Assembly: GCA_002269645.1 (NCBI GenBank)
Contig: NIVC01003229.1
Coordinates: forward strand, 45,790-109,789
DNA: 64,000 bases
From: Macrostomum lignano
Taxonomy: Eukaryota
Reading direction: 5' to 3'
The translations under genes were made by a program, and so were the position numbers. Positions 59,161 to 64,000 of this stretch are shown here, piece by piece (the stretch's first letter is position 1; every line of letters begins with the position of its first letter). The notes beneath the pieces are model-generated. The model was given only the letters and a program-made list of their open reading frames with translations. It ran no database searches and was not told where the DNA came from.

Positions 59161-61038
59161 AGCGCCTGAAAACTTAAAAACAAAAACAAAAACAAACACA
59201 AAAAACAGCTTGCAAGAAGATTTTGGACAAAACCTAATGGTTTGGTCTGTCACTTGATGATCTGCCACTATCTGTCACTGTGACTTGATAATGTTCTGTC
59301 ACTTGAAAAAAAGTTTAAAATAATGACAAGACCGATTTAACATGAAAAATCGATTAATGCGTCGTTAGAGCAGCATGTGAGGCACAAAATATTGTGATTA
59401 GAACTTTCTCTGACACTTAAGAGACCCAATCACTGTTTTAGTGTTGAAAATCGTGAAATTTCCTATCTCCGTAGTGTATTATTTTGGTGAAACCTGCCTT
59501 TAAAACTATTTCTGAACAAAAAGCTTTATGAATATCGATAGAGCTATAAGAAAGGCAGGCACAACATATCAAAAGATTAATACTGGATCTGCCTCCTCTC
59601 AAAAGCAATAACAATTTTTGTGCTGAAAAAATTAAAACCTGCATTCTCTGTAGTCTTTTTATCGGCGAAAAGTTGCCTTCAAAACATTTACCATAGATTT
59701 CGAGTGTTGCGTCCTACTACTTAAGTTGTCCTTGCACGGGTGCACCGTGTTACTTAAGCGAATCCCTCGAAGCTCTTGCTAGAGGACGATCTGAACCACC
59801 AACTAAAACAACGCCGCTTCCTCAAACAACAAAGCTCGTGGCGACGCTGCAGATTTTTGCAGACAAACTGGTAAAAGTTTTCGAACTTCGCACAGCACGC
59901 ACGCCGTCACTGGGTGCTCAAAGATTAAGAACACCGAGACGAGACCAATTATGGGTCTAGTAGGAGCTGCTATTGCTGCAGCAAAATTCGGTTCAGCTGA
60001 CAGCTGACAAGTGTCAATAAGCTTGATAAAGCCAAAATCTTTGAATAGGAGAAAAATAGAGGCTACAAGCAACTTAAAACCAATTAAGCCCCGGATATTA
60101 ACAGCACACTGTGGAAATCTAGAATACTTCAAGCGTTGCTCACAGTTGCCGCCGTCCACCTGCAATCGAGTCCATTATAGTTTTCCAAAAAATCGTCCAA
60201 TCCTGCGCGGACTGCGCCACTGGCATGTTTCTCTACGAAGTGTTAATGTTTTACAAAAAACAAACCATTATTATTTTTTAACCACATTTAATATATGATT
60301 ATTAAAAATTTGGGCCATACCAGGGTATCAGTGTATATTTCTGGGAGCCGAAAATTTAATCTTCAATGGAAATACTGAAAGTTCAACCCACCCGTTAGCC
60401 GCATGGCCATGGTATATGACAGTTTCACTCAGGTTTGATTCACGTCACCCAGAAAACTAAACTATGGTCAAATAATTTTAACACGTAAAAAATCAGCTCA
60501 GTTGTTCAAACTTTTCAATAGCTAAGAAACTCGAAATTGAGGCTTAGCCTTAAATAAGGCTTTGGATTAGTTAGTAATGGAAAATATTTTCCGAAGCAAT
60601 ATTCACACGAACTGCACGAATCAGAAAATCATCGCTTGGAAATTGCCAGGAGATTTCGGACAAAACTTAATGGAAAATATTTTCAAGTTAGAAAGTTATT
60701 TTCAGACGAGTTTCAATGCACTCTTACTTTTGATGGAATGCCAAAAAGCAGTAAAATTTGCCTGGCGACGAATTGTTTTAAATTTAAGTTTACAAGCCAT
60801 AAAAATGCAAAAAATATCTATGAATAAAATGCGAAGAATATTCTTCAGTAACTTAGATTGAAAGTTTTTATTTTAAATTCTACAAATCATAAAAAGTAAC
60901 TTGAACTTTTAAAATTTAAAAGTAAAAAGTAAAAATTTAAATTTACCATTTCATTTTTAAGCACTCAATCGGCGCATTGAAAAAAACCCATAAAGAATTC
61001 GATTCAATTTGAAGAAAATGAATTTCTGACCTCCCATT

Positions 61039-63702
61039 TGTTCTGTTGTTGAATTAACGAACGCAGAAACAAGATAGATAATTATCCGGGCGCTCAGTGG
61101 CACCAAAAGAAGGGTTGGCCAATAGGAGGGCGGCTCGTATATTTATGCACGCGGGGAAGGAAAGTTCTAGAAAGACCGGGGAAGGAAACTTCTGGAACTA
61201 TGCGTAAACAAGTCCGCGGTGGAAGTTTCTAGAAACGCTGTCCCCGAACTACCCCTACGCCTCGCATGCCTTTGCAATACACAACATTCTTCCCTCCTTC
61301 AAGGAGTCCAACAGTCCCCAAGCTTCACTTTAATCAGTCCCAGCGGCAGTTCATGAAGCGTATCGGCGGGTGCCTGGCTCGCTCAGATCGGCGGGGCGCT
61401 GCTGTTCTTGCCGGAGGCTCCGCCGCCGGTGCCGCCGGTGCCGCCGTGCCGGCTCCGGTCGTTGGCGCCGAGTCCACCAGTGGGTCGAACCGCTCTCTCG
61501 GCTGTGCCGGGTGCGGCGTTCGGATCAGCCGCTGCTGGTTCCACCTGGTGCCGTCGCTGAGCTCGAACGCGTGGTGTCCCACCTGATGGAGCACTTGTAG
61601 TGGCCGTGAGAGGCGGGTACCCAGCTTGCCCTTCTTGGTGGGCCGTCGGATTCTCACCCACTCGCCGGGGTGGAACGTCTCGGGGCGGCCCTTCGTCTGG
61701 CATCGGTGTAGGCCTTGATCCGCTGCTGCCGCGCCTCGATTTGCTGCCGCAGTGCCTGAGGCGTCGCCTCGGTCATTGTCATTCCCCCTCCGGGAGACAG
61801 CATGGTGATCGCGGTGCGCCACTTCCGACCCAGCATGAGCTCGGCCGGTGACTTGCCCGTCAGGCTGTGCTTGGAGCTCCGGTAGGCAGACAAGAAGTTG
61901 GTCACGGCGTCTTGAAACGGCCTGTTCTCCACCATGGCCGCTCTGATGCTGGCGAGTAGCGACCGATTGAGACGCTCCGTCTGGCCGTTGGTTTGCGGAT
62001 GGTAGAGGCTGGTCTTGACGTGCCGGATGCCCTGCTCGGCCAAGAAGTCCGAGAACTCGCTCGATGATGCCGTCCTTCTCCATCTTGTCGAGTTCGGCAC
62101 CGACCTGCTCCTGTCGCATGAGGGGCAGGCGGCGGAGTGGCTGCTGGACGGGTCGCGCTGCTGGGTCGACCTTGGGCTGGTGTACAGCGCCGGCGCAGCA
62201 TCCTATCGCACCGCTGAAGGTCGTTGGGTACCGCGCCTGCAAGTCCGCCGTCAAGTCGCTGACCTTCGCGATTCCGGGTGGCTGCCGCTAAGGTCGACTC
62301 GGAAGCCCAGCTTCTCCATCAGGTCTCTACGACGATGTTGTCGCCGCTGGCGCAACGAAGAAACGAAGAACCGGTGCTGCATCGCCTTGTCGCCGTAGCG
62401 CACCTCCAGCTCGGTGACACCACTTAGCTGGATTGGCAGTCCGCCGTAGGCACGCAGCTTCGTCGTGGTGGGAGAGGTGACTGCACCTGAGATCCGGTCG
62501 GCGGTCTGTCGGACAGCAGCGACACCCTTGCGCCGCAGTCCACCATCAGGCTGACAGCGGTCCTGTCCGGTCCGAGTTCCAGCGTCGCCCGGACCTCCCT
62601 GTCGCCACCCGGCACTGCGTAGACTGTGATCACCTCGTCCGCGCATTGACAGCAGCCTGCTGGCTGCGACAGCAACTCCGGAAGTGGTTCTTCTTGCCAC
62701 AAGCGTCGCATGTCTTGCCCTTGCCGGACAGGGGGTCGTCGGTCCGTGGTCTCGCCCACAGCGTGTGCAGGCGCCGCCGGGTTTGGCCGTCCTGCCAGCT
62801 GGTGCTGGCGGTGCCTCCCCTTTGCAGCGACCTTCTGGCCCCTCGGCTGTCGGATCGATTGGACGGCTGCCGTGCTCGAGGTTGATGGCGCCATCGCCTT
62901 GGCTTCTTTGGAGGCTTCCTCGATGGAGACCGCGATGCTGAGTGCTTTCGCCAGGTTGAGGTCCTCCACCTTCTCCGTCAGCAGCCTCTCTCGGATTCTG
63001 GGGTTACTGGTCTTCTCAGCCAGCTGGTCTCTGATGAGATCGTCCTGTATTGCGCCGTAGTTGCACAGCTCCGTCAGCTCCCTCAGGGCTGCCACGAAGG
63101 TCTTGACGTCCTCCCGGGTAGCTGCTGGCGCTGGCGGAAGCGATATCTGGCTACCATCACGTTGGGCTTCTCGCCGAAAATTTTCTCGAGCTCCGCCTTA
63201 GTTGCTGCGAACGTGTCGTTCTCCTTGATTGCTTGCGTGCTCGAGCAACCCGCTGACCTTCGAACCCAAGCAGATGGAGCAGAAGGCTCCTCTTCAGCGG
63301 TTTCGCCTCTTCCTTCCCTTCGGGCTCCTTGAATTGGGCCGCCTCGTAATAAAATTCAAAGGCCTCAATCCATCGGCTCCATGGTACTGTCGTGATCCGC
63401 AGTTCGCCAGGAAGGGCGTGGGTGCAGGGATGCTAGCCGCCATCCTCGTCGCCAATGTTCTGTTGTTGAATTAACGAATGCAGAAACAAGATAGATAATT
63501 ATCCGGGCGCTCAGTGGCACCAAAAGAAGGGGTTGGCCAATAGGAGGGCGGCTCGTATATTTATGCACGCGGGAAGGAAAGTTCTAGAAAGACCGGGGAA
63601 GGAAACTTCTGGAACTATGCGTAAACAAGTCCGCGTGGAAGTTTCTAGAAACGCTGTCCCCGAACTACCCCTACGCCTCGCATGCCTTTGCAATACACAA
63701 CA
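61039..63702 (-). mobile_element. Recent, internally deleted Ty3/Gypsy LTR element (2,664 bp)
   Basis: LTRs 61039-61286 and 63456-63702 (TGTT..AACA); TSD CCATT; PBS-like TGGCGACGAGG; PPT; gag with Zn knuckle, protease DCGA, RT start joined to integrase core HPQTNG. Confidence 0.95.
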
Positions 63703-64000
63703 CCATTATTTTAATTGAAACATGAATAATCTCGAAAACTTTCAAATCGATAGATTTGTTAATTTAAACAAAATTTTCATTTCAAAATTGATTAAATTCA
63801 TAATTAAATTACATGAGCACACTAGATGCATTTTAATCATTGATACTAAACATCCGTACTTTCAAACACAAATATTTGACTTAATACATTATTTACCGAA
63901 TACATTTTAAACTAGAACAACCTGCACACAAGGCAGACACATGCGAAAAAACCTGCACACATGACATACACCCACCGAAACACCTGCACACATGGTAGAA

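Noticed and set aside
59803-60298. 120-aa and 95-aa ORFs
   Set aside because: No domain, no clear splice signals and no homologous copy in the window.

Overview
Repeat-rich eukaryotic (animal) genomic DNA. A flatworm such as Macrostomum is my unverified inference, based on the RTE LINE family and the short GT-AG introns. The main feature is a complete 16.3-kb Polinton/Maverick (adintovirus-like) endogenous virus at 34514-50855. It has 5'-AGTAG...CTACT-3' ends, ~384-bp TIRs and a perfect 6-bp TSD (TTCCTA). It encodes major and minor capsid proteins, a packaging ATPase, a cysteine protease, pPolB, an integrase, a parvovirus-type PLA2, an adenovirus pX-like protein, a PX-like membrane protein and a coiled-coil protein. 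It also carries a spliced TATA-driven gene, palindromic repeat arrays and an internal duplication. The element sits ~50 bp upstream of the TATA box of one of three paralogous genes for secreted double-WSC-domain proteins. All three genes share a 297-bp phase-1 WSC exon, and two carry a conserved pair of 9-nt micro-exons. The rest of the window is nested retroelements (Loa/R1-type, RTE and I-like LINEs; DIRS/Ngaro fragments; two RT-deleted Gypsy elements; a Penelope element with a hammerhead ribozyme), SINEs, MITEs, minisatellites, and an orphan ORF for a small, putatively myristoylated RING protein. Many frameshifts are single-base losses in short homopolymers and may be assembly errors.
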